Of a stretch of 64,000 bases of DNA, positions 1 through 8,854 are shown piece after piece (position 1 is the first letter of the stretch; each line of letters begins with the position of its first letter). The notes below the pieces were generated by a model. That model was not told the DNA's origin and ran no database searches. It saw only the letters and a list, made by a program, of their open reading frames with translations. The stretch spans positions 329,206-393,205 of the forward strand of contig JBAYJA010000001.1 in the NCBI GenBank assembly GCA_041665345.1. Reading direction: 5' to 3'. The stretch comes from Patescibacteria group bacterium. GTDB taxonomy: Bacteria > Patescibacteriota > Patescibacteriia > PEXW01. The translations under genes were made by a program, and so were the position numbers.

Positions 1-1
1 A

Positions 2-367
2 AACACCACCTTACGCAGCGGCGAGAAAATCATAGAAATCAGTTGGCCGGGCACCGAAGGCCCGACGCCACCTGCAGGCATTCGCGAGGTTGAAGATGCG
101 TTTCGCCAGATGGCAGGCTATGTTGTTGAACATCCGGAGATAAAAGCCGTGATCGCCGTGTCCTGGATGATGTCTCGTGGTATTGCGAAGCGGTTGGGTT
201 TTCAAGTGCATCCTGAGGTGTCCATTCAGCCAGACCAGCAGAAAAGTGTCGTTGATTGGGCGACGAAAGCACGCCAAGATAAACCATACGTGAAAGGGGT
301 TGAACCAAAAGACGTGCAGCTTGGGGTCATTGCGCGGGAGGAATTTTTGCAACGGTACAACGTGTAA
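2..367 (+). CDS. GNAT-like N-acetyltransferase, C-terminal part (5' end outside window)
   Basis: Frame is open from the window edge to stop at 367; C-terminal ...AVIAVSWMMSRGIAKRLGF... resembles the acetyl-CoA binding/C-terminal region of GNAT enzymes. Confidence 0.35.
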   Translation, partial: NTTLRSGEKIIEISWPGTEGPTPPAGIREVEDAFRQMAGYVVEHPEIKAVIAVSWMMSRGIAKRLGFQVHPEVSIQPDQQKSVVDWATKARQDKPYVKGVEPKDVQLGVIAREEFLQRYNV

Positions 368-460
368 CGAGACGCACTCTCAATGCATATGAGGGCAACC
401 TAGCAGCACGGTTCCCACTTCTCAGAGAACGAGCTATACTTCTCCTAACTCGTACTAAGA

Positions 461-1000
461 ATGAGAAGTATGCACAGAATCCTAAAAAACACAGCCATTT
501 GTGTGCTTGGCCTGGTTTTTGTCGTTGGTTTGGCTGGGTGCAAATCAGCGGCGGATAACGCGGTTGAGAAGGCAATTGAGCAAACCACGGGCACGGACGC
601 TGAGGTAGATGCTAGTCAAAACAAGGTGGCAATTAACGTCAATGGAACCAGTTGGGTAACGGGTGATGCAGTGAGTTTACCCACGAATTTTCCGGAGGAT
701 ATTTACGTTGCGGAAGGAACCATCAAAGTTGCAATTGCTAGTAATGAAACCCAGGGATTTACCGTCTCACTGGAGAGCACGCAGAGTGTGGCTGATTTGA
801 AGGCTGCGTACCTTAAAGAATTGGTGGCAGATGGTTGGACAATCACCGGTTCCTACGATATCCAAGGGGCGTCTTCTGTCATGGCCACGAAAGCCAAGCG
901 GTCTACGACTATCACGCTGGGTGCAAACGAAGATAAGTCCAAAACCGTGGTGGGCATTAATACGTACACAGACACGAGCCCCGCAGCGCCGAGTAATTAG
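461..1000 (+). CDS. putative lipoprotein (signal peptide with lipobox LAGC)
   Basis: N-terminal hydrophobic segment followed by L-A-G-C lipobox; no recognisable catalytic motif. Confidence 0.55.
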   Translation: MRSMHRILKNTAICVLGLVFVVGLAGCKSAADNAVEKAIEQTTGTDAEVDASQNKVAINVNGTSWVTGDAVSLPTNFPEDIYVAEGTIKVAIASNETQGFTVSLESTQSVADLKAAYLKELVADGWTITGSYDIQGASSVMATKAKRSTTITLGANEDKSKTVVGINTYTDTSPAAPSN

Positions 1001-1024
1001 CATTCTCCAAAATACAGTACATAT

Positions 1025-1702
1025 ATGCAGAAACGCATTACTATCCCAGTCGTCATCATATGTGCAATGTTCCTCACTACCGGCATTGCCCTAGCGGCTC
1101 CGCGAGACATTACCAGCAAAATTGGTGGTAAGGCGAATGAAGTCTTCAAGATTGTTGGTGGGCTCATTACCAAATCGTTGCAAGTTGATGGAAATATTCA
1201 GGTCAACGGAAATATTTACCGTGGCAAGCGAGCTGGAGCAGGGGACAAAAATCCACTAACAGTTGCTGATGATTTGAAAGTAACCGGGACTATCACCAGC
1301 GCTGGTTTAAACGTCCCCGCCACGAAGCGGTACGCTGGGACCATTGACATTGCTGCAGCTGGGGAGGTTGTGACGGAGTCATACACCACTGGTGACTGTG
1401 CGTTATTGCCCGTCACTTACCCAAAGGTGCAGCGTTTTCACTGGAAGAAAATTGCTGTCCCTGAAGCAAAAGTTGCAGCGTATCCTGACATTCGCATGTA
1501 CGTAAAAGCAAGCATTACGGCACCAGTTGCTCCGTCGGTCAATCCATTCACCGGAGTTGCGGATCTCTGGATGCCCGCAGGCAGTATCTACATGAGCCCA
1601 GGGTATGTGTACTACTTCTTCAAAGCTGTACAAGAAGCCTGCAACGGCACGCTGACGCCAAGTTATTTCACTTCGGGCGAGTATCAGATCGTGGTGCAGT
1701 AA
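1025..1702 (+). CDS. secreted hypothetical protein (signal peptide ...ALA|AP)
   Basis: ORF with N-terminal signal peptide; Gly/Thr-rich, no recognised domain. Confidence 0.5.
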   Translation: MQKRITIPVVIICAMFLTTGIALAAPRDITSKIGGKANEVFKIVGGLITKSLQVDGNIQVNGNIYRGKRAGAGDKNPLTVADDLKVTGTITSAGLNVPATKRYAGTIDIAAAGEVVTESYTTGDCALLPVTYPKVQRFHWKKIAVPEAKVAAYPDIRMYVKASITAPVAPSVNPFTGVADLWMPAGSIYMSPGYVYYFFKAVQEACNGTLTPSYFTSGEYQIVVQ

Positions 1703-1717
1703 ATAGGGGATGTAAAA

Positions 1718-1752
1718 AAAGACGCTTGGGTAGCAGCCCTGGCGCCTTTTTT
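1718..1752 (+). terminator. putative rho-independent terminator
   Basis: GC-rich imperfect hairpin followed by TTTTTT just after stop at 1702. Confidence 0.4.
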
Positions 1753-1846
1753 GGAATGACGTATTTCCGTACCTTGACGCCACGGGTAAGTTACGTAGAC
1801 TAAGAGTAAGCAAAAGAAAAATGAGTACTTCAACAAGGAGTTTCCT

Positions 1847-2524
1847 TTGAAAAAATGGATAGGTTTTATCGCCGTTGTCTGGTTCGTATGGCCCGTGATG
1901 CTTTTTGCAGATTTACGCATCGTCACGGTGGCAGACGATGAAACACAGGTCGACAGTACCATGGGCGTATTTGTTGCTCGAAAAATTCACCTTGAGAAGA
2001 CGCTTTGGCTAAACTTGGAGAAGCGCTGCGCACAAGTTGATACTAAACTTGGGAGTAAGGATGAGGGGTCAAGTCTCATTTTTGCAGATTCTCTGCTGGT
2101 GCAATACAGAAAATTTCAACAGTTTGAAGTCTACACTCGGACCGTCGAGCCACCATCTCAGCCCGCTCCCGAAGAGTTTTCAGGTGGTTTAGGTATACTT
2201 TCTGAGGTTACCTTTACTGTAGATACAACTGACTCGCAACAAATCATTTGCTCCTTTCTGTGTCAGCAAATCATTTCCACAAGAATTGAGGCTGAGGATA
2301 CGCTGACGCACACCGTATGGGTCACCGATGAGATTTGCCTACCTGCTTGGGTGAGCAATTTGCTTGATGTCGGACTGAAGCACCGTACGAAAGGCTTACC
2401 CCTGCGTACGATATACATTTCAAAACATCAGTACATTTTGCAAGAGGTAATCTCAGTGACGGAAGATGTGCCCCCACCCGATACATACGTCATCCCCGTA
2501 CACTACTCCGATTTTACGCAGTAA
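1847..2524 (+). CDS. hypothetical membrane-anchored protein (TTG start)
   Basis: ORF with N-terminal TM helix (WIGFIAVVWFVWPVMLF); no recognised domain. Confidence 0.45.
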   Translation: MKKWIGFIAVVWFVWPVMLFADLRIVTVADDETQVDSTMGVFVARKIHLEKTLWLNLEKRCAQVDTKLGSKDEGSSLIFADSLLVQYRKFQQFEVYTRTVEPPSQPAPEEFSGGLGILSEVTFTVDTTDSQQIICSFLCQQIISTRIEAEDTLTHTVWVTDEICLPAWVSNLLDVGLKHRTKGLPLRTIYISKHQYILQEVISVTEDVPPPDTYVIPVHYSDFTQ

Positions 2525-2530
2525 TTTTAT

Positions 2531-2559
2531 ACCCCGCACATTCTTGTGTGGGGTTTTTT
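2531..2559 (+). terminator. rho-independent terminator
   Basis: ccccgcaca-ttctt-gtgtgggg hairpin followed by TTTTTT. Confidence 0.75.
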
Positions 2560-2575
2560 AAACTTTACCTTTGGG

Positions 2576-2583
2576 TGTATAAT
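2576..2583 (+). promoter_or_regulatory. extended -10 (TGTATAAT) promoter element upstream of heliorhodopsin
   Basis: TG immediately 5' of TATAAT, about 33 nt upstream of the ATG at 2616. Confidence 0.45.
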
Positions 2584-2615
2584 TCTGTTATTCAAAAATT
2601 CTAACACCAACGTCC

Positions 2616-3407
2616 ATGAAAATGCCAAGCCTCACCACCCAAGCAACCAAACTCCATCGCCTTCGCCGGTTTAACGGCGTCATGGCCATTTTGCACTTGG
2701 CGCAGGGTTTCCTCATGCTCTTCCTCAGCAGCGACTTTAGCTTGCCCCTGACCACGGCGTACGTGGAGATGGACAGGACGACAAACCTGCTGACCCCAGT
2801 ACTGAAGACTATTGGAGAGTGGCGCATTGGGCCGCTTGTCGCAGGCTTCTTGTTTTTGTCAGCGATCGCGCACGCGCTCATTGCCTTTGTGCCAGGAATC
2901 AACAAGTGGTACAACGAGAATCTCGCAAAGGGCATTAATCCTGCCCGATGGATTGAGTATGCCTTTTCTAGTTCACTGATGATGGTTGTGGTGGTCATGC
3001 TCACAGGCATGTACGACGTGAGTAGTCTGTTGCTCATCTTCTTCCTGAACATGATGATGATCCTCTTCGGCTGGGTTATGGAACTACACAACCAGACCAC
3101 GAAGAAAACAGATTGGACCAGTTACATCTTTGGATGTCTCGCCGGTGCAATCCCGTGGATTGTCGTGGCGCTCTATTTATTCAACGCCGGCGGAGAAGCT
3201 GGACGTGCCCCAACCTTCGTGTACTGGATTTTCTTCTCCATCTTCCTGTTCTTCAATGTCTTTGCGGTGAACATGATTTTGCAGTACAAAAAAGTTGGGA
3301 AGTGGAAAGACTACCTCTACGGCGAGCGAGCCTACATCATCTTGAGTTTGGTCGCCAAGTCCCTGCTGGCCTGGCAGGTCTTTGCTGGTACCCTGCGACC
3401 AGTGTGA
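2616..3407 (+). CDS. heliorhodopsin (7-TM retinal protein, inverted topology family)
   Basis: 263 aa. Strong similarity to heliorhodopsin 48C12 along the whole length: FNGVMAILHLAQGFLM, WIEYAFSSSLMMVVV, MMMILFGWVMELH, FGCLAGAIPWIVV, and the C-terminal GERAYIILSLVAKSLLAWQVFAGTL containing the retinal Schiff-base lysine. Confidence 0.85.
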   Translation: MKMPSLTTQATKLHRLRRFNGVMAILHLAQGFLMLFLSSDFSLPLTTAYVEMDRTTNLLTPVLKTIGEWRIGPLVAGFLFLSAIAHALIAFVPGINKWYNENLAKGINPARWIEYAFSSSLMMVVVVMLTGMYDVSSLLLIFFLNMMMILFGWVMELHNQTTKKTDWTSYIFGCLAGAIPWIVVALYLFNAGGEAGRAPTFVYWIFFSIFLFFNVFAVNMILQYKKVGKWKDYLYGERAYIILSLVAKSLLAWQVFAGTLRPV

Positions 3408-3419
3408 TAATAGTTTTCT

Positions 3420-3788
3420 ATGGATGATCTTCAACCTGTCCAATCTTTACCAAAAAAGAGACATCTGCTCCGCTTACTATTCCTCAGTATTCTTGGAGTT
3501 GTTTGTATTGCCGCATTGCTGGGGGTAATGTATTGGAAGGATGTTTTTCCTTTCAACCTGCGCAATAGCATAGATGTAACAATTTTTGGTTTTGGGAATA
3601 ATCAAGAAATATCGACAACTTTGGGCTTAGGTGAAACAACGTGTAGTTTTTTACAAGGCGTTAGTCCCACATCACCAGTAACAACTTTTGATATTCAGGC
3701 ACAGTACGGCACAATTGGACCCAATGAATGCAGTGATAAGAACAAATTTTGCGTGCCAGGATGCGTGGCTTCGTTGGTTCAGCAGTAG
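3420..3788 (+). CDS. small membrane-anchored protein; possibly continues in another frame to 3934 (frameshift?)
   Basis: Starts 12 nt after heliorhodopsin stop; N-terminal TM (LLFLSILGVVCIAALLGV). A second frame is open 3737-3934 and its stop overlaps the start of the next gene (GTGA). Confidence 0.45.
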   Translation: MDDLQPVQSLPKKRHLLRLLFLSILGVVCIAALLGVMYWKDVFPFNLRNSIDVTIFGFGNNQEISTTLGLGETTCSFLQGVSPTSPVTTFDIQAQYGTIGPNECSDKNKFCVPGCVASLVQQ

Positions 3789-3930
3789 TAACACAAAATG
3801 AATTTGTCCATCCTTTCAAGTACACGGCACCTATGGAAATGCCGGCATCTGGTAGCGATACAGTACAAGTAGTGCTCCAAGATGAACGCGGCCATGAAGT
3901 ACGTCGGGAGTTAACTGTGCAGTTGCAGCA

Positions 3931-4569
3931 GTGAATTTTCCTACAAAACTCAGCCGGTACCCTGCGGCCGGGGTAACCACACTCCCGATACTCATCGGGG
4001 GTGCACCCTGCGCTGGGAAATCGACGCTGGCAAAAGCCCTTGCCACTGAACGTGGTTGTGAAGTTGGGCACGTCGATGATTTGAGCGACGCCTTCAAGAC
4101 GGCCAAGGAAAATGAACGCCATAAGTACCCGTGGATGTTTTCGACGTACAAAACTACGGCGGAAGAATTTTGGGAAAATCGAACACCACGTGATCTCATT
4201 GCGGTTGAAGTTGCTCAGGCGAAGGAGTACTGGCCAGAACTCAAAAGAGTTATGCAAACCGGGACGTTTGGAATTCTGGAAGGTGTCTCTATCTTGCCAG
4301 AACTTGTGTGGAAGGAGTTTGGAGCTGCTATCCGTATGGTTGTCCTTATTGATACGGATTTATTGAGAGTGCGGCAGACAATCTTTACCCGGGGGATTTG
4401 GGACGATGCCAACACCTACAGTGACTGGGTGAAAGAGAAAGAGTTAGAGTGGGTGGAATTGCACAACGCTTGGTTTCGGGAGCAAGCAAAAAAGTATCCT
4501 TACCCACTTTTTGAAGTAGGGGATCGGGGACAACTACTTGAGCAAGCAAAGACATACTTTGCTGGATGA
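3931..4569 (+). CDS. P-loop kinase/ATPase (2-phosphoglycerate-kinase-like / AAA_33-like)
   Basis: Walker A ILIGGAPCAGKST followed by ...HVDDL...; GTG start overlapping the upstream stop. Confidence 0.45.
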   Translation: MNFPTKLSRYPAAGVTTLPILIGGAPCAGKSTLAKALATERGCEVGHVDDLSDAFKTAKENERHKYPWMFSTYKTTAEEFWENRTPRDLIAVEVAQAKEYWPELKRVMQTGTFGILEGVSILPELVWKEFGAAIRMVVLIDTDLLRVRQTIFTRGIWDDANTYSDWVKEKELEWVELHNAWFREQAKKYPYPLFEVGDRGQLLEQAKTYFAG

Positions 4570-4636
4570 ATAATTGACACTGGGTAAAGCGTGAGCTAGG
4601 ATGGACGGAAAGACAAAAAAAGCGTAGGAGGAAAAC

Positions 4637-5122
4637 GTGAATAAATTACTGCTGACGTTTGATTTTTCGGAACGCTCGTACCAGCGCCTTGAAAAATTAG
4701 TTGAAATGAGCCAGAGTTCCAGTCTGTCATCAAGTTCGGAGAAGAAAGTTGCCGTTTTAGAAAAAGCGCTTTTCTGCTTGGATGAATTCCTGGATCGAAC
4801 ATTCGACGGGTGGGAGCTAATTGAAACGCAGAATGGCCAAGAGACGCAGATTGTGCTTAGCGATGAGAGCTTAGGGGAAACCTTCACTCTGGAAGAAGTT
4901 TTCCAGAACGGAGAGGGCCGACCCTGGCGCTGTACGCTGGGGCTTGCTCCAGAAGGCGCTCGTTTCCTTGCCGACCTCACCGTCGAGTCTAGTAGTGCGA
5001 ACCGAGCAGAGATGCTCATGAAAGCTTTGAACCTGCTTGACCATCTGCTGAATGGTCAGCTCGATGGCAAACGCTATGACTTCCGGCTGAATGATGAGCG
5101 TGCCAATTTCGAAAATCTGTAA
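4637..5122 (+). CDS. hypothetical protein
   Basis: GTG start 7 nt after an AGGAGG RBS; Ser-rich N-terminal region, no recognised domain. Confidence 0.45.
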   Translation: MNKLLLTFDFSERSYQRLEKLVEMSQSSSLSSSSEKKVAVLEKALFCLDEFLDRTFDGWELIETQNGQETQIVLSDESLGETFTLEEVFQNGEGRPWRCTLGLAPEGARFLADLTVESSSANRAEMLMKALNLLDHLLNGQLDGKRYDFRLNDERANFENL

Positions 5123-5270
5123 GTACTTTACTCAGTCACCATGAACCGTCCACCTAGGGCGGTTCTTTTATACACCAACGTGCGGACTTGACATACTACA
5201 TTGGCAGTGGTAGGTTTCTTCATTACAACAAGAAGTAGTCAAAAAGAAACTTAAAAACCTAGGAGGATGT

Positions 5271-5525
5271 ATGGCATTAACCCAAATCTTGATTGCCCAC
5301 GAAACAGAACAGGGAGAAAAGGTTGAAGTGCCAGGGCGCATTTCAATTGAAAATGGAGCGATCTTTATCAGAATCGATGTGCCTAAGGAGGATGCAACGT
5401 TCCCAGATCGTTCTAAGGCGATCGAGAAACTGGCCAAAGACTGTGAGGCAAATGGTATCGAGCATGAGCTCCTTTTCGTCGGCCGTCTTAAGCTCCCAGA
5501 TTGCATCAAGATTTTTTGCAAGTAG
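5271..5525 (+). CDS. hypothetical small protein
   Basis: AGGAGG RBS before ATG; followed by a perfect terminator. Confidence 0.5.
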   Translation: MALTQILIAHETEQGEKVEVPGRISIENGAIFIRIDVPKEDATFPDRSKAIEKLAKDCEANGIEHELLFVGRLKLPDCIKIFCK

Positions 5526-5538
5526 TTCGGGCCAACAT

Positions 5539-5569
5539 ACCGAGGAACGTACGTTCCTCGGCTTTTTTT
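5539..5569 (+). terminator. rho-independent terminator
   Basis: ccgaggaacgt/acgttcctcgg perfect 11-bp stem followed by TTTTTTT. Confidence 0.85.
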
Positions 5570-5602
5570 GTTTGCACGGGTCTGAAGTAGAGATGACTAC
5601 CC

Positions 5603-5631
5603 TTGACAAAAAGCCGGTTTTGCTGTAGTAT
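5603..5631 (+). promoter_or_regulatory. sigma70-like promoter TTGACA-N17-TAGTAT
   Basis: Consensus -35 and near-consensus -10 with 17-nt spacer; about 100-nt leader before the GGAG-ATG at 5737. Confidence 0.5.
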
Positions 5632-5736
5632 CTGGGGTTAGAGAAAAATAGGCGTCTGGGATTATCTGTCTTGCCCGGACCGCCGCCATGCGTCAAAAGA
5701 CAGCCAACACCAACAGCGCATGGCACGGAGTCTTTC

Positions 5737-6210
5737 ATGTTCCTTTCAAACCTATTTAATCGCCAACGCTTCGCAGCGTTGCCTGGTAGAGTCATATTAA
5801 CAATCAGGAATTGGGCAAAGCTCGTGTTGCTCAAGTCGTTAGGCGCTGAGCGTCTAAGTAAGCTCGGTTTCTGGTTTACAAAGCTGAGCGGCATATCTGA
5901 AGACCGGCCATTTGGCTGGGATTCGAATTTACGCATCACTGAGAGATTCTGGGCTTCCCCAACAGTAACTGACGGTCGGTTCTTTGAGGTGAGCGAGCCG
6001 GTGACAACATTGGCAATTCTTTCATTTTCAGCGCCCTCCACGCAGCTGGACAAGCAAACACCATTGGTGAAGGAACTCTTCAAAATCCAGGGAGTGAAGT
6101 CCATTACTATCACTCCTTATCAGATTTTAGTTCAGTGGTCAGCGGTTTTTGGGCTTAAGGAGATGTGTCCGAAAATCCATGCCGTACTTCATAAGCACCT
6201 TTCCGTCTAA
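5737..6210 (+). CDS. Nfu_N (NifU N-terminal-like scaffold) domain protein
   Basis: C-terminal ELFKIQGVKSITITPYQILVQ...W..VFGLKE matches Nfu_N motif LFxIxGVxSVFFGPDFITV; start chosen at the ATG with GGAG RBS (the ORF is open from 5671). Confidence 0.5.
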   Translation: MFLSNLFNRQRFAALPGRVILTIRNWAKLVLLKSLGAERLSKLGFWFTKLSGISEDRPFGWDSNLRITERFWASPTVTDGRFFEVSEPVTTLAILSFSAPSTQLDKQTPLVKELFKIQGVKSITITPYQILVQWSAVFGLKEMCPKIHAVLHKHLSV

Positions 6211-6222
6211 GTAGACAAGCAA

Positions 6223-6254
6223 ACCCGTGTAGCCTCCTGCTGCACGGGTTTTTT
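6223..6254 (+). terminator. rho-independent terminator
   Basis: cccgtg...cacggg hairpin followed by TTTTTT. Confidence 0.75.
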
Positions 6255-6322
6255 CGTACTGCAAATTTTTTTCACACCCCCTTCACAGTGAAGGCGTACG
6301 CTTAGGGTATTCGCAATTCATT

Positions 6323-7006
6323 TTGACACGCATGGCTGACATCATACAGGTGCACCAGGTTTCCAAAGTGTACCAGGACGGGGATCGACAGATTAAGGCG
6401 TTAGATAACATAAGCTTGAAGGTAGCAGAAGGGGAGAGTGTAGCGATTGTGGGTTCATCCGGCAGTGGGAAGTCCACCCTGCTGCAGCTGGTAGGTGGGT
6501 TGGATACGCCAACCAGCGGGGAGATTACCGTGGGTGGGCAGCAGTTAGCTGAACTCTCGGACGACAGTCTATCCACCTTCCGGAACAAGACCATTGGGTT
6601 TGTCTTCCAGTTTTTTCATTTACATGATTACCTGACTGCGCAGGAGAACGTGGCACTGCCGTTGCAACTGGGCGGGGTGCACAGCGGAGAAGCCATGCGG
6701 CAGGCCAAAGTGATGCTGCAGAAAGTGCACCTGGAAGACCGGGCCAACCACAAACCCAAGATGATGAGCGGGGGTGAAATGCAGCGGGTGGCGATTGCTC
6801 GCGCATTGGTGAACAATCCGCAGGTAATTTTGGCAGACGAGCCAACCGGGAATTTGGACAAGCAGAATGCACTCTCGGTTTTGGATGCCTTTGACGAAAT
6901 TGCGCGCTCCGGGGTGAGCGTGGTTATTATTACGCACGATGAATCTATCAAGCAGCGATTCAGCCGGGTGATCCGCTTGGACAAGGGAGCGCTGGTAAAA
7001 TTCTAA
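6323..7006 (+). CDS. ABC transporter ATP-binding protein (MacB/LolD/FtsE-type)
   Basis: Walker A GSSGSGKST, signature LSGGEMQRVAIARAL, Walker B ILADEPTGNLD. Confidence 0.9.
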   Translation: MTRMADIIQVHQVSKVYQDGDRQIKALDNISLKVAEGESVAIVGSSGSGKSTLLQLVGGLDTPTSGEITVGGQQLAELSDDSLSTFRNKTIGFVFQFFHLHDYLTAQENVALPLQLGGVHSGEAMRQAKVMLQKVHLEDRANHKPKMMSGGEMQRVAIARALVNNPQVILADEPTGNLDKQNALSVLDAFDEIARSGVSVVIITHDESIKQRFSRVIRLDKGALVKF

Positions 7007-7010
7007 ATCT

Positions 7011-8849
7011 ATGATCTGGTCAACCATTGTTTCCCTAAACTTCAAGAAACTTCGGACGTACAAAGGCAAAGCCTTGTTTCTCATCTTGCCTGTGGCAATG
7101 CTCATGGTCGTGGGCGTAACTGTCACCAGCCAAGCCACGAATTTGTTGCACGCGGCTGAACAGCGTATCCTGGGGACTGCAAAAGAAGCAGCGCGTCTCA
7201 TTCAGCTGAGCCCCGCAGTGCAGCAGAGAACCACGTCAGGCGCGGGGGGCGGGCAGGCACAGTTCATTGGTGGTTTTGGAGAAGAGTACACGGCGAGTGA
7301 CGTGGACAAAGTTTCGGCTATCCCAAATGTATCCGCAGCCGAACTTGCGGTGGATGTGCCTGCTGGCCAAGCAACGACCAGTGATTTGCAGAACGGAAAA
7401 ACCCTTACCCTGGGTCAGCTAAAAAGCGTGGGGACAGAGGTGGCGAAGCTCTACACCAATCAAGACTTTTCCTATACAGCGGGGCAACCCATTCCTATTG
7501 TCCTCACCACCAGCAGTCTCATCCACCAGTACACAGATTGGGGCGGGAAGACGGAGGTGACGTTGGAGCTGGGTCGGCCTGGGCAGGGTCGGGGGCCGGA
7601 GCAAGCCTTGGCTTCATCGCCAATCAAGTTTGAAGCCGTGGAGCTGACCAAGGACGAGCTCATGGGCAAGGAATTTACCGTCCAGTTTGGCACCTTGGAA
7701 ACCATTCAAGACTACACGCAAGAGTTCACTGATTCGGGTTTGAAGTTTACAAAGCTCACGGACGCTGAGTTGAAAACCAAAGAAGCAGACCGAAAATCCG
7801 CGCTGAGCACGTACTGGAACTACGATGCACTAGCAAAGCCCCTGACGTATACCTTCAAAGTTGTAGGGGTGGTAGAAGTGGAAGGCAGGGGCGCGTCGTA
7901 CGTGCCCACGAACTTCGTGAATGCGTTGATGCACGATCTTATCCAAAAGCAGCTGAGCGCTCGGACGAAAACCGCTCTCCCAACAGACAAGCTGAACTCT
8001 ACCTTCACGGGCATGACCTACGACGGAGTGGAACTCGGGGGTGGCCAAGGCGGGCTCATGGGCGGTGGCATCCGCGTGGCTTTTGGCCAGCTTCGGAATG
8101 GTGCGCAGGAAACCACAGCGAGTTACGCGGTGCCTGGTTTGGTCATAAGCACCGAACGTGAGACCGGAGACGCTGATGCTTTTGCTCGCAGGTTCAGCGG
8201 AAGCGGTGGGACGGTCAAAGGTGTGGTGACGGATGCGGACGTTTTCACCAAGGCCACAGTTGCTTCGGACACCATGCTGGTGCAAATTGCCAGTGCAGAA
8301 AAACGGGCTGAGGTGGTGAAGGCCTTGAACAACGCTGGGTATGCGTACACTGATGTGAACGACTTGGAAGTGTACACGTCACTCCAAAATACCCTGTCCC
8401 GAACCGTGACCTGCGTGCTCCTTGGTTTCATTCTCATTACCGCGCTAGTGATCATTTTCACCATGGGAAAGTTCGTGGCCGAGAGCCGGAAGGAGATTGG
8501 GGTGTTCCGCGCCCTGGGCGCAACCAAGGCTAGCATCAAACAGCTGTTCCTTTCCCAAGCCGTGCTCTACACTGGGTTGGCGTATGTCGCCGGGGCGTTG
8601 CTGGGTATTGGGGTGACGCTTGGGCTTGCCAAAGCCGTGCAACTCTGGTTTGATAGGTTCGTTGGTGAGACCGTGCAGCAGACGTTCACCGTGGTGCAGC
8701 AATCCAGTGCCAACTCCTTTGCCGCGGTTGATTGGGCACGGTTTGGCTTACTCACCGGGTTGCTGTTCGTCACCACGATTATCGTGGCAATCATCCCAGC
8801 TGTCCGTGCGTCCAATGTCTCGCCAGTGCAAGCCATGAAGAGCGAATAA
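7011..8849 (+). CDS. ABC transporter permease, FtsX/MacB-type with large extracytoplasmic domain
   Basis: N-terminal TM1, about 400-aa extracytoplasmic domain, C-terminal FtsX-like 3 TM (VLLGFILITALVIIFTMG...GVFRALGATK...). Confidence 0.8.
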   Translation: MIWSTIVSLNFKKLRTYKGKALFLILPVAMLMVVGVTVTSQATNLLHAAEQRILGTAKEAARLIQLSPAVQQRTTSGAGGGQAQFIGGFGEEYTASDVDKVSAIPNVSAAELAVDVPAGQATTSDLQNGKTLTLGQLKSVGTEVAKLYTNQDFSYTAGQPIPIVLTTSSLIHQYTDWGGKTEVTLELGRPGQGRGPEQALASSPIKFEAVELTKDELMGKEFTVQFGTLETIQDYTQEFTDSGLKFTKLTDAELKTKEADRKSALSTYWNYDALAKPLTYTFKVVGVVEVEGRGASYVPTNFVNALMHDLIQKQLSARTKTALPTDKLNSTFTGMTYDGVELGGGQGGLMGGGIRVAFGQLRNGAQETTASYAVPGLVISTERETGDADAFARRFSGSGGTVKGVVTDADVFTKATVASDTMLVQIASAEKRAEVVKALNNAGYAYTDVNDLEVYTSLQNTLSRTVTCVLLGFILITALVIIFTMGKFVAESRKEIGVFRALGATKASIKQLFLSQAVLYTGLAYVAGALLGIGVTLGLAKAVQLWFDRFVGETVQQTFTVVQQSSANSFAAVDWARFGLLTGLLFVTTIIVAIIPAVRASNVSPVQAMKSE

Positions 8850-8854
8850 CCCAC

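Noticed and set aside
6620-7201. 193-aa minus-strand ORF across the ABC ATPase/permease junction
   Set aside because: Antisense to two strongly supported ABC transporter genes.
8732-8854. N-terminal extension of the response regulator ORF from 8732
   Set aside because: It overlaps the permease gene. The receiver domain starts exactly at the ATG at 8855 (MKILLVEDE), immediately after the permease stop.
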